This document shows positions 1 through 8,852 of a DNA stretch of 64,000 nt, piece by piece. This stretch comes from a virus. A program made the translations under genes and the position numbers. Positions within the stretch are counted from its first letter, which is position 1. Each line of letters starts with the position of its first letter. The DNA lies in the IMG/VR virus record IMGVR_UViG_3300039106_000244, positions 1 through 64,000 of that record. One strand, given 5' to 3'. The notes beneath the pieces are model-generated. The model worked only from the letters and a program-made list of their open reading frames with translations, made no database searches and had not been told where the DNA came from.

Positions 1-125
1 ACTTTGCAGAGCCTTACTATGTACAAAATCATAAAACCTTACACATTGTTAGCGACCGCGATGCAATGATGATAGGGCTACATGCAAACAATCTACAGCA
101 ATACTTGGATAACCAAAGCCTCTAA
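1..125 (+). CDS. 3' end of a gene entering from the left edge (hypothetical phage protein)
   Basis: Open frame from nt 3 reads FAEPYYVQNHKTLHIVSDRDAMMIGLHANNLQQYLDNQSL, with TAA at 123-125 abutting the stop of the next gene tail-to-tail. Confidence 0.6.
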   Translation, partial: FAEPYYVQNHKTLHIVSDRDAMMIGLHANNLQQYLDNQSL

Positions 126-2036
126 TTACCAAGTACCCATACCGTTCCACGTATATTCAAAACTGTAATCATCCCACGTGTAACCTTCGTTGTCTGGATG
201 TTGTACAAATTTATAATAGTGTGTTGCTGACCAATTGCCCATTGCGTCAATTTTAAATTTATGATTAGCTGTATAGTCGCATGCAAGCCTATCGCTCCAC
301 TCACGTAAATCTGCTTCAGGGTCATAAACTATTTCAATTTCATACTCGCCTAATGCTCTCCATAATGAACGCAACAATGGCCAGATTTCATTCACAATAC
401 TATCGGCAAATTTATTAATGTTAGGTGTAATTATATTGTAATTAAATTCTTCATATGGAATTTGTTGAGGTTGTATATTTTTTTGATCATACTTAATATT
501 GTATAACTTTAATAATTCAGGTCTTTCTGCACCAAAGAATGGAGTCGTTGAATGCAGGTGTTGAAGGAAAATTAAGAATGATTTTTGTCTAATTAATCGA
601 TGAAGTTTAGTATTAACTAAGTCATTTGTAGTCCATGCTTTTTGAAATCTATGTGGAAATATATTAAACTTTTCACCATACATAGTCACTTCGGCACCAG
701 GGCTTAACATCATAGTAATGCCGGGGCTAACATTAAACAGATTATAGTTACGTATGCGCCACACTAATGTTAATGTATCTGCAAAGCCTTGTGGGTCTTC
801 ACTAGGAAATCCAATAATCCATGTTGTTGAATGTTCTATACCTACTTCGCTTCCGTGTCGTAAGTTATCCTCAATTTCTGTTACATTAACACCTTTCTTC
901 ATATCATCAAGTACACGTTGACTGCCTGATTCGACTCCATAATTAAGTTGATGACAGCCACTTGCTTTTAGGTCTTTAAGATATTCAAAGTCCATTCTGC
1001 CATCGCATCGTGCATATCCTTGCCACTTGATTTTTAGATTACGTTCCACTACACCTAATGCAAATGCACGTAATTCTTTAAGATTGCCATTTACAAGACT
1101 ATCAATGAACCATACAAAATCAATGCCATAAGTTTGGTATTGTATTTCTATTTCGTTTAATACAGATCCTGCCATGCGTCCACGATACTTCCAGAAATGC
1201 ACTTCTGTACAGAACACACACTTAGCAACACAGCCACGGCTTAACTCACTGCTAATACCGTTAGACATTTCGTAATCAGTCAAGTCATAATGACTGTAAT
1301 CTGGAAAAGGTAAACTATCTAAATCTAATCGTGTTTTTGGTGCTACTAAAAATTTATCCATTATAGGTTGGTTATTTTCTATACTGTCTAGTAGATTTAA
1401 TAGTATCTGCTCGCCTTCACCTTGTACTAAATGATCATAAAACTTTTCTGTATACCTAGACGGAGAACCTGCTTGTGGGCCGCCAGCAATTATTTTAGCA
1501 TTAGGTAACAGTTGACGCAGTTTAAGTGCCATCCAATTTGCAGGGACTTCGTTTGTATAGTATAAACAAAATCCTACTACATCAGGTTTACTAGCGGCTA
1601 TACTTTCTACATACTCTTGTAGTATTGGCTCGAGATATTGATGAATTTCTCTCATGTATTCTTTGCCAGCCCACATCCACTCTCGACTAGGATGCCAATA
1701 ATCCAATGGTGCTATTTCTTTAAGTCGTTTCCACGATTTAACATTTACATCTAATACAGTAGTATCGTACCCTGCCGCACGTGTTACACCGGCTAAGCGT
1801 GATAGGTTGTATGGCGGAAAATATACACCCCATTCCGGAACCATTACTAATGTTAATTTAGTATTTCTAGTTACTTCATTTAATTCAATTGGTATAAGAT
1901 TGTGCTGTGGCGTTTTTCTAGCCATAGACATCATTGATTTGATCATTACCCAATCTTTACTTTCTGGGTCGTTGGATGGTAGTTCTTCAGCTAAGTTATT
2001 AAACTTACTGTCTGGGAGGATTGGGATGATTGCCAT
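126..2036 (-). CDS. Cobalamin (B12)-binding radical SAM enzyme, class B methyltransferase-like
   Basis: N-terminal B12-binding region (PPYNLSRLAG, PDVVGFCLY, IIAGGPQ, GEGE), then SRGCVAKCVFC (CxxxCxxC) and GVESGSQRVL. Start moved to ATG 2036 (MAIIP), 5 nt downstream of a TAAATA motif; the upstream extension overlaps a promoter. Confidence 0.9.
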   Translation of the reverse strand: MAIIPILPDSKFNNLAEELPSNDPESKDWVMIKSMMSMARKTPQHNLIPIELNEVTRNTKLTLVMVPEWGVYFPPYNLSRLAGVTRAAGYDTTVLDVNVKSWKRLKEIAPLDYWHPSREWMWAGKEYMREIHQYLEPILQEYVESIAASKPDVVGFCLYYTNEVPANWMALKLRQLLPNAKIIAGGPQAGSPSRYTEKFYDHLVQGEGEQILLNLLDSIENNQPIMDKFLVAPKTRLDLDSLPFPDYSHYDLTDYEMSNGISSELSRGCVAKCVFCTEVHFWKYRGRMAGSVLNEIEIQYQTYGIDFVWFIDSLVNGNLKELRAFALGVVERNLKIKWQGYARCDGRMDFEYLKDLKASGCHQLNYGVESGSQRVLDDMKKGVNVTEIEDNLRHGSEVGIEHSTTWIIGFPSEDPQGFADTLTLVWRIRNYNLFNVSPGITMMLSPGAEVTMYGEKFNIFPHRFQKAWTTNDLVNTKLHRLIRQKSFLIFLQHLHSTTPFFGAERPELLKLYNIKYDQKNIQPQQIPYEEFNYNIITPNINKFADSIVNEIWPLLRSLWRALGEYEIEIVYDPEADLREWSDRLACDYTANHKFKIDAMGNWSATHYYKFVQHPDNEGYTWDDYSFEYTWNGMGTW

Positions 2037-2082
2037 ATACATATTTACGCTATATATAGCGCCGGTATAAATTTTATAACGA

Positions 2083-2111
2083 TTGACTTTTAAATATAAT
2101 TGTGTTATACT
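2083..2111 (+). promoter_or_regulatory. sigma70-type promoter with extended -10
   Basis: TTGACT-N17-TATACT with TG before the -10; RBS AAGGAG lies before ATG 2146. Confidence 0.8.
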
Positions 2112-2145
2112 GGTTGTGTAATAAATAAAATTCAAGGAGTAACGT

Positions 2146-2451
2146 ATGAAGAAAACACTTTTAGCATTACTGTTAGCATCACTTAGTACTACTGCATTTG
2201 CAGATGGACGTTATGGGCGCGGCTATCGTGGCCACGGAGGTGGTGGCGGAAATGTATTACTTCCGTTAATCGTTGGAGGTACATTAGGTTACATTATTGC
2301 ACAGCCGCGTCAACAAACAATTATTGTACAAGAACCACAATATGCTCCACTACCAAGCTATGTACCTGCAAACGAACCAATCTACCGTTATGAGAACATT
2401 TATGACGCAAATTGTAACTGTTATCGTCAGGTTTTAGTTCAAATCAACTAA
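2146..2451 (+). CDS. Small exported/membrane protein, Gly- and Pro-rich
   Basis: Sec signal peptide MKKTLLALLLASLSTTAFA, Gly-rich stretch, hydrophobic segment and C-terminal CNC. Confidence 0.75.
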   Translation: MKKTLLALLLASLSTTAFADGRYGRGYRGHGGGGGNVLLPLIVGGTLGYIIAQPRQQTIIVQEPQYAPLPSYVPANEPIYRYENIYDANCNCYRQVLVQIN

Positions 2452-3580
2452 GAGAATGTATGTGTGATAGTAACCAATTGCGTAAAGGCAAAATAAGTAG
2501 TTCCCTATTGGTTATTATTGCATAGTTGTGTTCTACTGTATCTTTAATAGTTTTTTGTACCACAGTTGGATCCATTTTACTCAAATTGATTATTTGTTGG
2601 ACAGCTTTAGCAATCCGTAAATCGTCATCTACTTCGTTATCATACGATTCATCTATAATATCTCCAAATGTTTTAAATCCATATTCTCGTAATTTTTTTA
2701 AATGATGATATGCACTAAACATTACAAATAATCGTTTTGCAAGTAATGGCTTCACTGTTTTTTCAGTGAAAAATATAAACGAATTCCATTGAGTTTCTGC
2801 AACAATGCTGTAATAACTATTTTGATATACCCCTACCGGAAGTTGTCGCGAAATTGGATATACTATATGCGGCACTGTCGGGTGAGGAAATGTAGCCTGG
2901 TATGAATTAAACACGCCATTATTAAGTTCCTTAGCAAGCACAGCCTGGGGTTGCTCAAGAGTATGCAATTCAGGAGAATAATATATTGTTGATTTATTTG
3001 ATAGATAGTCCAAATTATTTAACGATACCAACGATACATATGATTTATCTAGTAAGTTAGTTGTGCGCAATGCTTCGACTATTGTAGCTCGATGAGGTTT
3101 GTAAATCCCAAGTAATGCATCAAATAATTTTAATTTCGGTTCTGTGCCTGTTTCTGTATATGTATAATCGCAGGATGCCTCTATTAGAAATAACGGAAAT
3201 ATAAAAATTTTATCAGTGGTCAACGTTAAATTTTGTTTAATTGCACCAGTAACAATAATTACATTTTTGATAGAAAATCGTTCTCGGGTTAATTCTAAAT
3301 ATTCTTCAGGATCATCCCCGGGCAATATCTCTATATCAAAAATTATCAATAGATCAAACCTACTCAAATTGATAGTAGGAACACGCGAAATATCAAAACA
3401 ATCGAGTACATAATTCGCTCCAATTACAGCTATTTTTTTATTAGATTCTGGTAATTGATTAAAGTCATCTAACCAATATTTTTTACAATAAGAAAAATTA
3501 TTCCCTAAAATCTCATGTTCTGTTTTTTCATAGAGTGATAACGTATCGGAGATTTCAACTATTAATATATTATTGTGCAT
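2444..3580 (-). CDS. Putative glycosyltransferase-like protein (TEK family, paralog 1)
   Basis: C-terminal SIVAET...FFTEKTVKPL...LREYGFKTF..IIDESYD...HN motif shared with 40291, 41414 and 44020; resembles the GT10/GT-B nucleotide-binding half. Confidence 0.55.
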   Translation of the reverse strand: MHNNILIVEISDTLSLYEKTEHEILGNNFSYCKKYWLDDFNQLPESNKKIAVIGANYVLDCFDISRVPTINLSRFDLLIIFDIEILPGDDPEEYLELTRERFSIKNVIIVTGAIKQNLTLTTDKIFIFPLFLIEASCDYTYTETGTEPKLKLFDALLGIYKPHRATIVEALRTTNLLDKSYVSLVSLNNLDYLSNKSTIYYSPELHTLEQPQAVLAKELNNGVFNSYQATFPHPTVPHIVYPISRQLPVGVYQNSYYSIVAETQWNSFIFFTEKTVKPLLAKRLFVMFSAYHHLKKLREYGFKTFGDIIDESYDNEVDDDLRIAKAVQQIINLSKMDPTVVQKTIKDTVEHNYAIITNRELLILPLRNWLLSHIHSLS

Positions 3581-3608
3581 ATAAATTATTTAGCCAGTCA
3601 ATTAGTAC

Positions 3609-3636
3609 TTGACTTCTACTGTAAAGAGTGTATAAT
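3609..3636 (+). promoter_or_regulatory. sigma70-type promoter
   Basis: TTGACT-N16-TATAAT upstream of 3675. Confidence 0.75.
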
Positions 3637-3674
3637 AGCATTATTAGTTAGTTAATACACAGTGGAAGTTAAGT

Positions 3675-4205
3675 ATGACATCATTAGTAGCTAGAGCAAG
3701 ATCATTTGCTATCGAAGCGCATAGCGCAATCAATCATAAACGAAAATACACAGGTGACGACTACATTGTTCACCCTGCCGAAGTTGCGGCGATTGTTGCT
3801 ACTGTTCCACACACAGACGAAATGCTAGCGGCGGCTTGGTTGCATGACACAGTAGAAGACACTGGTGTTACAATCGAAACTATCCGTGAAGAGTTTGGTC
3901 CAATTGTAGCAGGGTTGGTTGCTGACCTAACTGATGTTAGCACTCCAAGTCTTGGCAACAGAGCAATTCGTAAAGGTATTGACTTGGCACATACTGCAAG
4001 TGCAAGCCCTAGCGCAAAAACAATTAAACTTGGCGACTTAATTTCAAACACTGCAAGCATTGTTGCACATGACCCGGGCTTTGCACGTGTATATCTTAAA
4101 GAAAAAGCCGCAATGCTTGAAGTAATGACTGACGGTGATGCAACACTGTTGGCTCGTGCTAAAGCTACACTAGCGGCAGGACTTGCTAAACTAGAAGGCA
4201 AATAA
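3675..4205 (+). CDS. HD-domain phosphohydrolase, Mesh1/SpoT-like small alarmone hydrolase
   Basis: AH..RKY..YIVHPAEVA, AAWLHDTVEDT, LTD and IKLGDLISN motifs of the RelA/SpoT hydrolase domain, with no synthetase domain. Confidence 0.85.
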   Translation: MTSLVARARSFAIEAHSAINHKRKYTGDDYIVHPAEVAAIVATVPHTDEMLAAAWLHDTVEDTGVTIETIREEFGPIVAGLVADLTDVSTPSLGNRAIRKGIDLAHTASASPSAKTIKLGDLISNTASIVAHDPGFARVYLKEKAAMLEVMTDGDATLLARAKATLAAGLAKLEGK

Positions 4206-4208
4206 CGG

Positions 4209-4237
4209 TTGACAGATGACTGAATTGACTGTATAAT
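4209..4237 (+). promoter_or_regulatory. Consensus sigma70 promoter
   Basis: TTGACA-N17-TATAAT; RBS AGGAG at about 4260. Confidence 0.9.
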
Positions 4238-4270
4238 GCTATACATACACTAACAACACAGGAGCAACAA

Positions 4271-4675
4271 ATGGCTTATATTGGCGCACAAGATGTTAAA
4301 GCAATACGTGACGAACTTAAAGCAACTTTTCCTAAATTTAAGTTTGGTGTACGTAAAGGTTATGCAGGTAGTTCAGTTGATGTTACTATTAAACAAGGTC
4401 CAGTTGACTTTGCCGAAGTATTCAAAGGTGGTCATTTACCTACTAAACGTAAATATGTTCAAATTAACGAATATCATCTATATAACTATGGTAAGTACGA
4501 AGCATTCTTTGAACAAGTATTAAACATTATCAAGACTGCTCCAGCTAACGCAGGTGGACGTGCTTGGTTTGATAAAAGTGATTCGCAAACAGATTATTTC
4601 TCAATTGCCTATTACATTCATTTAAACGTAGGTGAATGGGATGCTCCGTACGCTTGCACTAAGGAGTTTGCATAA
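4271..4675 (+). CDS. Early phage protein, LPD29-like
   Basis: IRDELKATFPKFKFGVR...SVDV and D.SDSQTDYF...YY pattern recalled from large-polyvalent-protein-associated domain 29. Confidence 0.6.
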   Translation: MAYIGAQDVKAIRDELKATFPKFKFGVRKGYAGSSVDVTIKQGPVDFAEVFKGGHLPTKRKYVQINEYHLYNYGKYEAFFEQVLNIIKTAPANAGGRAWFDKSDSQTDYFSIAYYIHLNVGEWDAPYACTKEFA

Positions 4676-4854
4676 TGTCATCAGCTTATTTCGTAAATTA
4701 TCACAAGAGTCGTATTTCTTTGTTGTCAGATGATGACTTAGAGGTTGCGTTTGAAACTTACAAAACATTGCAGGCACGTTCAGTCAATGATGAAATCGTA
4801 ACAGAATTGCTTGCACAAGAATTAGATGCACGTGATCAAAAAGAATTTGCATAG
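4675..4854 (+). CDS. Hypothetical 59-aa protein (not in ORF track)
   Basis: MSSAYFVNYHKSRISLLSDDDLEVAF...DQKEFA; TAATG coupling with the upstream gene and RBS AAGGAG at 4661. Confidence 0.75.
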   Translation: MSSAYFVNYHKSRISLLSDDDLEVAFETYKTLQARSVNDEIVTELLAQELDARDQKEFA

Positions 4855-4867
4855 TAGTAGAAAGTGC

Positions 4868-4896
4868 TTGACAAAAAGAGAAAGTGGTAGTATAAT
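4868..4896 (+). promoter_or_regulatory. Consensus sigma70 promoter
   Basis: TTGACA-N17-TATAAT upstream of the AAA+ gene. Confidence 0.9.
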
Positions 4897-4939
4897 ATGT
4901 TTTGTTACATCAAGTTAAACAATTAATTAGGAGCAGGAA

Positions 4940-6037
4940 ATGGCAACAATTACTGAAAATAGAACAGTTACAGCAACGGAAGCAAAGGCGGCAATTTTGC
5001 GTTGCTTTACTAAACAACGTCCACTATTTTTATGGGGTCCCCCAGGTATTGGTAAGTCAGAATTAGTAGAAGGTATTACTAAAGACATGGGCGGGTTAAT
5101 GATTGACTTGCGCTTGGCACAAATGGACCCGACGGATATACGTGGTATTCCTTACTTTAACAAAGATAAGGGTGTAATGGATTGGGCTCCTCCAATTGAC
5201 TTGCCTGATGAAGAACTTGCGTCACAATATCCTATTGTGGTGTTGTTTTTAGATGAGATGAACAGTGCGGCGCCAAGTGTGCAAGCAGTTGCGTATCAAC
5301 TTATTTTGAACAGACGTGTTGGTAAGTATAAACTTCCTGACAACGTTGTAATGGTAGCGGCAGGTAACAGAGACGGTGACAAAGGTGTTAGCTACAGAAT
5401 GCCAAGTCCACTTGCTAACAGGTTTGTGCATTTGGAAATGCGTGTAGATTTTGATAGCTGGTTACAATGGGCTACTGAAAATCGTATTAACAAAGACGTT
5501 ATTGGTTACATCTCGTTTGCTAAAAACGACTTGTATGACTTCGATCCAAAAAGCTCAAGTCGTAGTTTTGCAACACCTCGTAGCTGGACTTTTGTTAGCG
5601 AGTTGTTAGATGACGGCATGGCAGATAGCACTACTACAGATATTGTAGCAGGTACTATTGGTGAAGGTACTGCGGTTAAGTTTATGGCGCATAGAAAGAT
5701 TTCTGCTAAAATGCCTAATCCAAGTGACATTTTAAATGGCAAGGTTACAGAACTTTCTGTTAAAGAAATTAGTGCAATGTACTCTCTAACAATGAGTATG
5801 TGTTACGAGTTGAAAGATGCGTACACTAAAATTGGTAAGGAAGATAATGCTAAATGGCATACTATGGCAGATTACTTCTTTAAGTTTATGATGGAGAACT
5901 TTACTACAGAAGTTACTGTTATGGGGGCGCGGGTTGCTTTGACTACTTTTAACTTGCCTTTTGTGCCAAACAAGTTGAAAAACTTTGATGAGTTCCATCG
6001 TCGCTTCGGAAAATATGTCGTAGCGGCCGTTGCGTGA
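4940..6037 (+). CDS. MoxR-like AAA+ ATPase
   Basis: Walker A GPPGIGKS, Walker B LFLDEMN, AAGNR sensor, LANRF arginine finger and TPRSW. Confidence 0.92.
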   Translation: MATITENRTVTATEAKAAILRCFTKQRPLFLWGPPGIGKSELVEGITKDMGGLMIDLRLAQMDPTDIRGIPYFNKDKGVMDWAPPIDLPDEELASQYPIVVLFLDEMNSAAPSVQAVAYQLILNRRVGKYKLPDNVVMVAAGNRDGDKGVSYRMPSPLANRFVHLEMRVDFDSWLQWATENRINKDVIGYISFAKNDLYDFDPKSSSRSFATPRSWTFVSELLDDGMADSTTTDIVAGTIGEGTAVKFMAHRKISAKMPNPSDILNGKVTELSVKEISAMYSLTMSMCYELKDAYTKIGKEDNAKWHTMADYFFKFMMENFTTEVTVMGARVALTTFNLPFVPNKLKNFDEFHRRFGKYVVAAVA

Positions 6038-6062
6038 TAAGACTAGTTCTTAAATAGCAATT

Positions 6063-6094
6063 AAATAAAAGCGTCTTAATTGGCGCTTTTATTT
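6063..6094. terminator. Bidirectional intrinsic terminator
   Basis: AAATAAAAGCGTC-ttaatt-GGCGCTTTTATTT hairpin with A/T tails between two convergent genes; the endonuclease stop codon is in the loop. Confidence 0.75.
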
Positions 6095-6765
6095 TGGCTA
6101 TTATTCCATATAGTAAATGAATGTATTGCCATTTCTTTACGGTCGAATATACGACATATAACTTTTGGTTTGGCTATTCCTAAACCCTGACCTGCATGTG
6201 CGGCTTTATTATTTGCTCTATGTGTATCTGATTGTGCTTTACCTTTATTCCAAGCAATCTGTTCGCCTACTTTACCTTTGTTATGTGCAACCTGCACTCC
6301 TTTCTTACCTTTATTCCAAGGAGCAGTTCCTTTCTTAGATTCGCTAATTCTTCGTTTATGTTCGTCTGATTTAACTCTGCCTTTGTGCGCAATCGAGCGT
6401 TTCATTTTTGCTTCATCTGACTGTGGGCCAAGTTTCTTACCTTTAAATATACATGGTCTGTTTAAGCCAGTAAACTTGCCATCACCATTGTGTTGATTGT
6501 AGCTTAAAGGGTCGTTTTTAGCGTCTACAAGCGTTAGTAATGCGGTCTCTAATGCTAACATATCAACAGCGTGGCCAATGCACAGCACAGTTCGGGACCA
6601 ATTGGTTTGGTTGGATTCAATCAAAGGTTTGACTATGCGACTACTGCAAATATAACCATCTGCGGGGTTACAGCCGAGCTTAGTGCGTGAGCCAATATAC
6701 CAACGTCCGGTTGATAATTCTGTCCACTTATAAACATAAGCATAGGTAGGTGAGGTTAAATACAT
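6076..6765 (-). CDS. Free-standing GIY-YIG (Seg-like) homing endonuclease with NUMOD3-like and (P/A)WNKG repeats
   Basis: YVYKWTELSTGRWYIGSR, Y..SS, LETALL, YNQHNG, then HKGRVKSDEHKRRISES and PWNKGKK/AHNKGK/AWNKGK. The start is probably ATG 6765, since ATG 6774 is only 2 nt from AGGA. Confidence 0.85.
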   Translation of the reverse strand: MYLTSPTYAYVYKWTELSTGRWYIGSRTKLGCNPADGYICSSRIVKPLIESNQTNWSRTVLCIGHAVDMLALETALLTLVDAKNDPLSYNQHNGDGKFTGLNRPCIFKGKKLGPQSDEAKMKRSIAHKGRVKSDEHKRRISESKKGTAPWNKGKKGVQVAHNKGKVGEQIAWNKGKAQSDTHRANNKAAHAGQGLGIAKPKVICRIFDRKEMAIHSFTIWNNSQNKSAN

Positions 6766-6834
6766 TGCTGACATAGTCCTTTATGTTAGAGTAGTCGGAT
6801 AGTGAGATATCGTGGACTACACATCTATTTATCA
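6763..6834 (-). ncRNA. Candidate structured 5' leader, copy A
   Basis: TGATAAATA..GTAGTC-CAC-GATA-N6-TATC-C-GACTAC-TCTAAC..AGGA..TCAGCA; same geometry as copy B at 38251, with compensatory changes. Confidence 0.7.
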
Positions 6835-6843
6835 TTTCTCCAA

Positions 6844-6872
6844 TTGACATCCCCGAACTTCTATGTTATAAT
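6844..6872 (+). promoter_or_regulatory. Consensus sigma70 promoter with extended -10
   Basis: TTGACA-N17-TATAAT with TG; back-to-back with the endonuclease promoter. Confidence 0.9.
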
Positions 6873-6898
6873 ATGCTTTACAATAATATGGTATCGAT

Positions 6899-7204
6899 AT
6901 GGTAGAATTTAAAATTAAGAAGATGGATGCAAGGTATAACGGCAGTGGATACTTTACTCACGTAATAGACTACGGTGGCAAGTATGGTACAAGTTTAACC
7001 TTTCAACAGCATCGAGTTTGGTTCTGGGAATCATTTGGTCCAAGTTGCGAGATTGAGGCGTTTATGCGGCTTGGAAAGAACAATCATTCTCAACCAGATT
7101 GTATTAGTGGTAATTGGGCATGGAATACAGAGTTTGGTAATAGAAAACTTTACGTAAGAGATGAAGCAACCCTTGCGTTCTTTACACTGAAATTTTTAAC
7201 TTGA
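6899..7204 (+). CDS. Hypothetical phage protein
   Basis: 101-aa ORF with its own promoter; Trp-rich, ends FFTLKFLT. Confidence 0.75.
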   Translation: MVEFKIKKMDARYNGSGYFTHVIDYGGKYGTSLTFQQHRVWFWESFGPSCEIEAFMRLGKNNHSQPDCISGNWAWNTEFGNRKLYVRDEATLAFFTLKFLT

Positions 7205-7229
7205 CAACAACAGAAAATGGTAGTATAAT
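7201..7229 (+). promoter_or_regulatory. Consensus sigma70 promoter, near-copy of 4868-4896
   Basis: TTGACAacaacagaaaatggtagTATAAT versus TTGACAaaaagagaaagtggtagTATAAT. Confidence 0.9.
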
Positions 7230-7260
7230 AGTCTTTATAGTAAACGATTAGGAGTAGTAA

Positions 7261-8541
7261 ATGTCTACAGCAACAGCAACAACTAGCACAGAAAAGAAAA
7301 AAGTAGTTACAGTAACAGATGCACGTATTGATGGTATAGTACGTGAAAAACTTATTACTGCACGTATTGCGCTATTACTTAAAGCGCCGTTTTTTGGTAA
7401 CTTAGCGACACGGTTAAAATTAGTAAACGCAGATGAGTGGCTTACTACTGCGGCTACAGACGGGCGCAACTTTTATTACAATAGTGAATTTGTAAACAAA
7501 CTGCCTCAAAAACAAGTGGAGTTTTTAGTTGGGCACGAAGTGTTACACGTAGTTTACGATCACATGGGACGTAGACAAGATAGAAATCCTCAACTGTATA
7601 ACATTGCGGCAGACTACTGCGTTAACGCTGACTTAATCGATAACAGAATTGGTGAAAAAATTACAAGTGTGCCTATTTTGTTTGATAAGAAATATGCAGG
7701 TATGAGCTCAGAAGAAGTGTATGACTTGCTATACGAAAATGCTGAGAAAATTGACATTAGCGAGTTGCTTAAACAAATGTTAGATGAACATTTAGATGAT
7801 GGCGACGATGATGGTGAAGATGGTGAAGATGGGGACAAAGAAGGTAAAGGTAGTCGCCCAGGTAAAATGACTGCTGAAGAAAAGAAAGCATTGCGTGACG
7901 AAATACGCGAAGCTGTATTGCAAGCGGCAGAAGCGGCGGGTGCAGGTAACTTGCCAGCTGGTGTTAAACGTATGATTAATACGCTTACAAACCCACAATT
8001 AAACTGGCGTGAGTTGATTCGTCAACAAGTACAAAGTTTAGTAAAAGCCGACTTTACTTGGGCACGTACGAATCGTAAAGGGCAACACTTAGATGCGATT
8101 TTGCCTGGTAATAATTTTGCAGAAACAATTGATGTTAGTGTTAGTATTGATGCGTCAGGTAGTATGAGCAACGAAATGTTACATGATATCTTAAGTGAAG
8201 TTAAAGGTATTATGGAAGCGTTTGATGACTTCAAACTTGATGTATGGACATTTGATACTAACGTTTACGGGTACGAAAAATACACGCCAGACAACATCGA
8301 CGATATTGACAGCTACGAATTACAAGGTGGTGGCGGTACAGACTTTGAATGTAACTGGGAATTTATGCGTGAAAATGAAATTGCGCCTAAATTGTTTATT
8401 ATGTTTACAGATGGATACCCAGGGGGCGGATGGGGTGATGAGAATTACGCAGATACATTGTTTGTAATTCACGGTACTACAAGTATCGAAGCACCATTTG
8501 GTATTACAGCTTATTATGATTTATCGAAAGGAAGTAATTAA
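7261..8541 (+). CDS. DUF2201-type metallopeptidase-like plus VWA domain protein (MoxR partner)
   Basis: TAATDG, HEVLH (HExxH), NIAAD, acidic linker, MIDAS DASGS, GGGGTDF and FTDG. Confidence 0.9.
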   Translation: MSTATATTSTEKKKVVTVTDARIDGIVREKLITARIALLLKAPFFGNLATRLKLVNADEWLTTAATDGRNFYYNSEFVNKLPQKQVEFLVGHEVLHVVYDHMGRRQDRNPQLYNIAADYCVNADLIDNRIGEKITSVPILFDKKYAGMSSEEVYDLLYENAEKIDISELLKQMLDEHLDDGDDDGEDGEDGDKEGKGSRPGKMTAEEKKALRDEIREAVLQAAEAAGAGNLPAGVKRMINTLTNPQLNWRELIRQQVQSLVKADFTWARTNRKGQHLDAILPGNNFAETIDVSVSIDASGSMSNEMLHDILSEVKGIMEAFDDFKLDVWTFDTNVYGYEKYTPDNIDDIDSYELQGGGGTDFECNWEFMRENEIAPKLFIMFTDGYPGGGWGDENYADTLFVIHGTTSIEAPFGITAYYDLSKGSN

Positions 8542-8852
8542 TGGCAACCTATCAAAGTTTTTCGCATAGCCCAACCGAGTATGCGGCTGCACTAACCAAC
8601 CAGACTCATGTAACACTCGGTTGGTTAGTCAATCGTAATTATATCACTGAAGAGGCTTATGAAGAGTTAGTAAGCACACTGATAGTAGCTAATGTACAAC
8701 ATCACAAAAGTTGGGGCCAAAAGGTGATAGAACATTTATTTAGTAAAGAGTCAACTGATGATGCCTGGGTGTTTCCACTTGTGCTAGTAGATAAATTTGT
8801 TAAGCAAGACAAATTACCCAAACCAACCAAACCAAAGTTGGAGATTGTGTAA
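8541..8852 (+). CDS. Hypothetical protein
   Basis: ORF coupled by TAATG to the upstream gene. Confidence 0.7.
   Translation: MATYQSFSHSPTEYAAALTNQTHVTLGWLVNRNYITEEAYEELVSTLIVANVQHHKSWGQKVIEHLFSKESTDDAWVFPLVLVDKFVKQDKLPKPTKPKLEIV

Noticed and set aside
6076-6834. Group I intron or intein hosting the GIY-YIG genes
   Set aside because: Both endonuclease genes are intergenic and antisense, the flanking genes are complete, and there is no room for a ribozyme core. The same holds at 38.3 kb.
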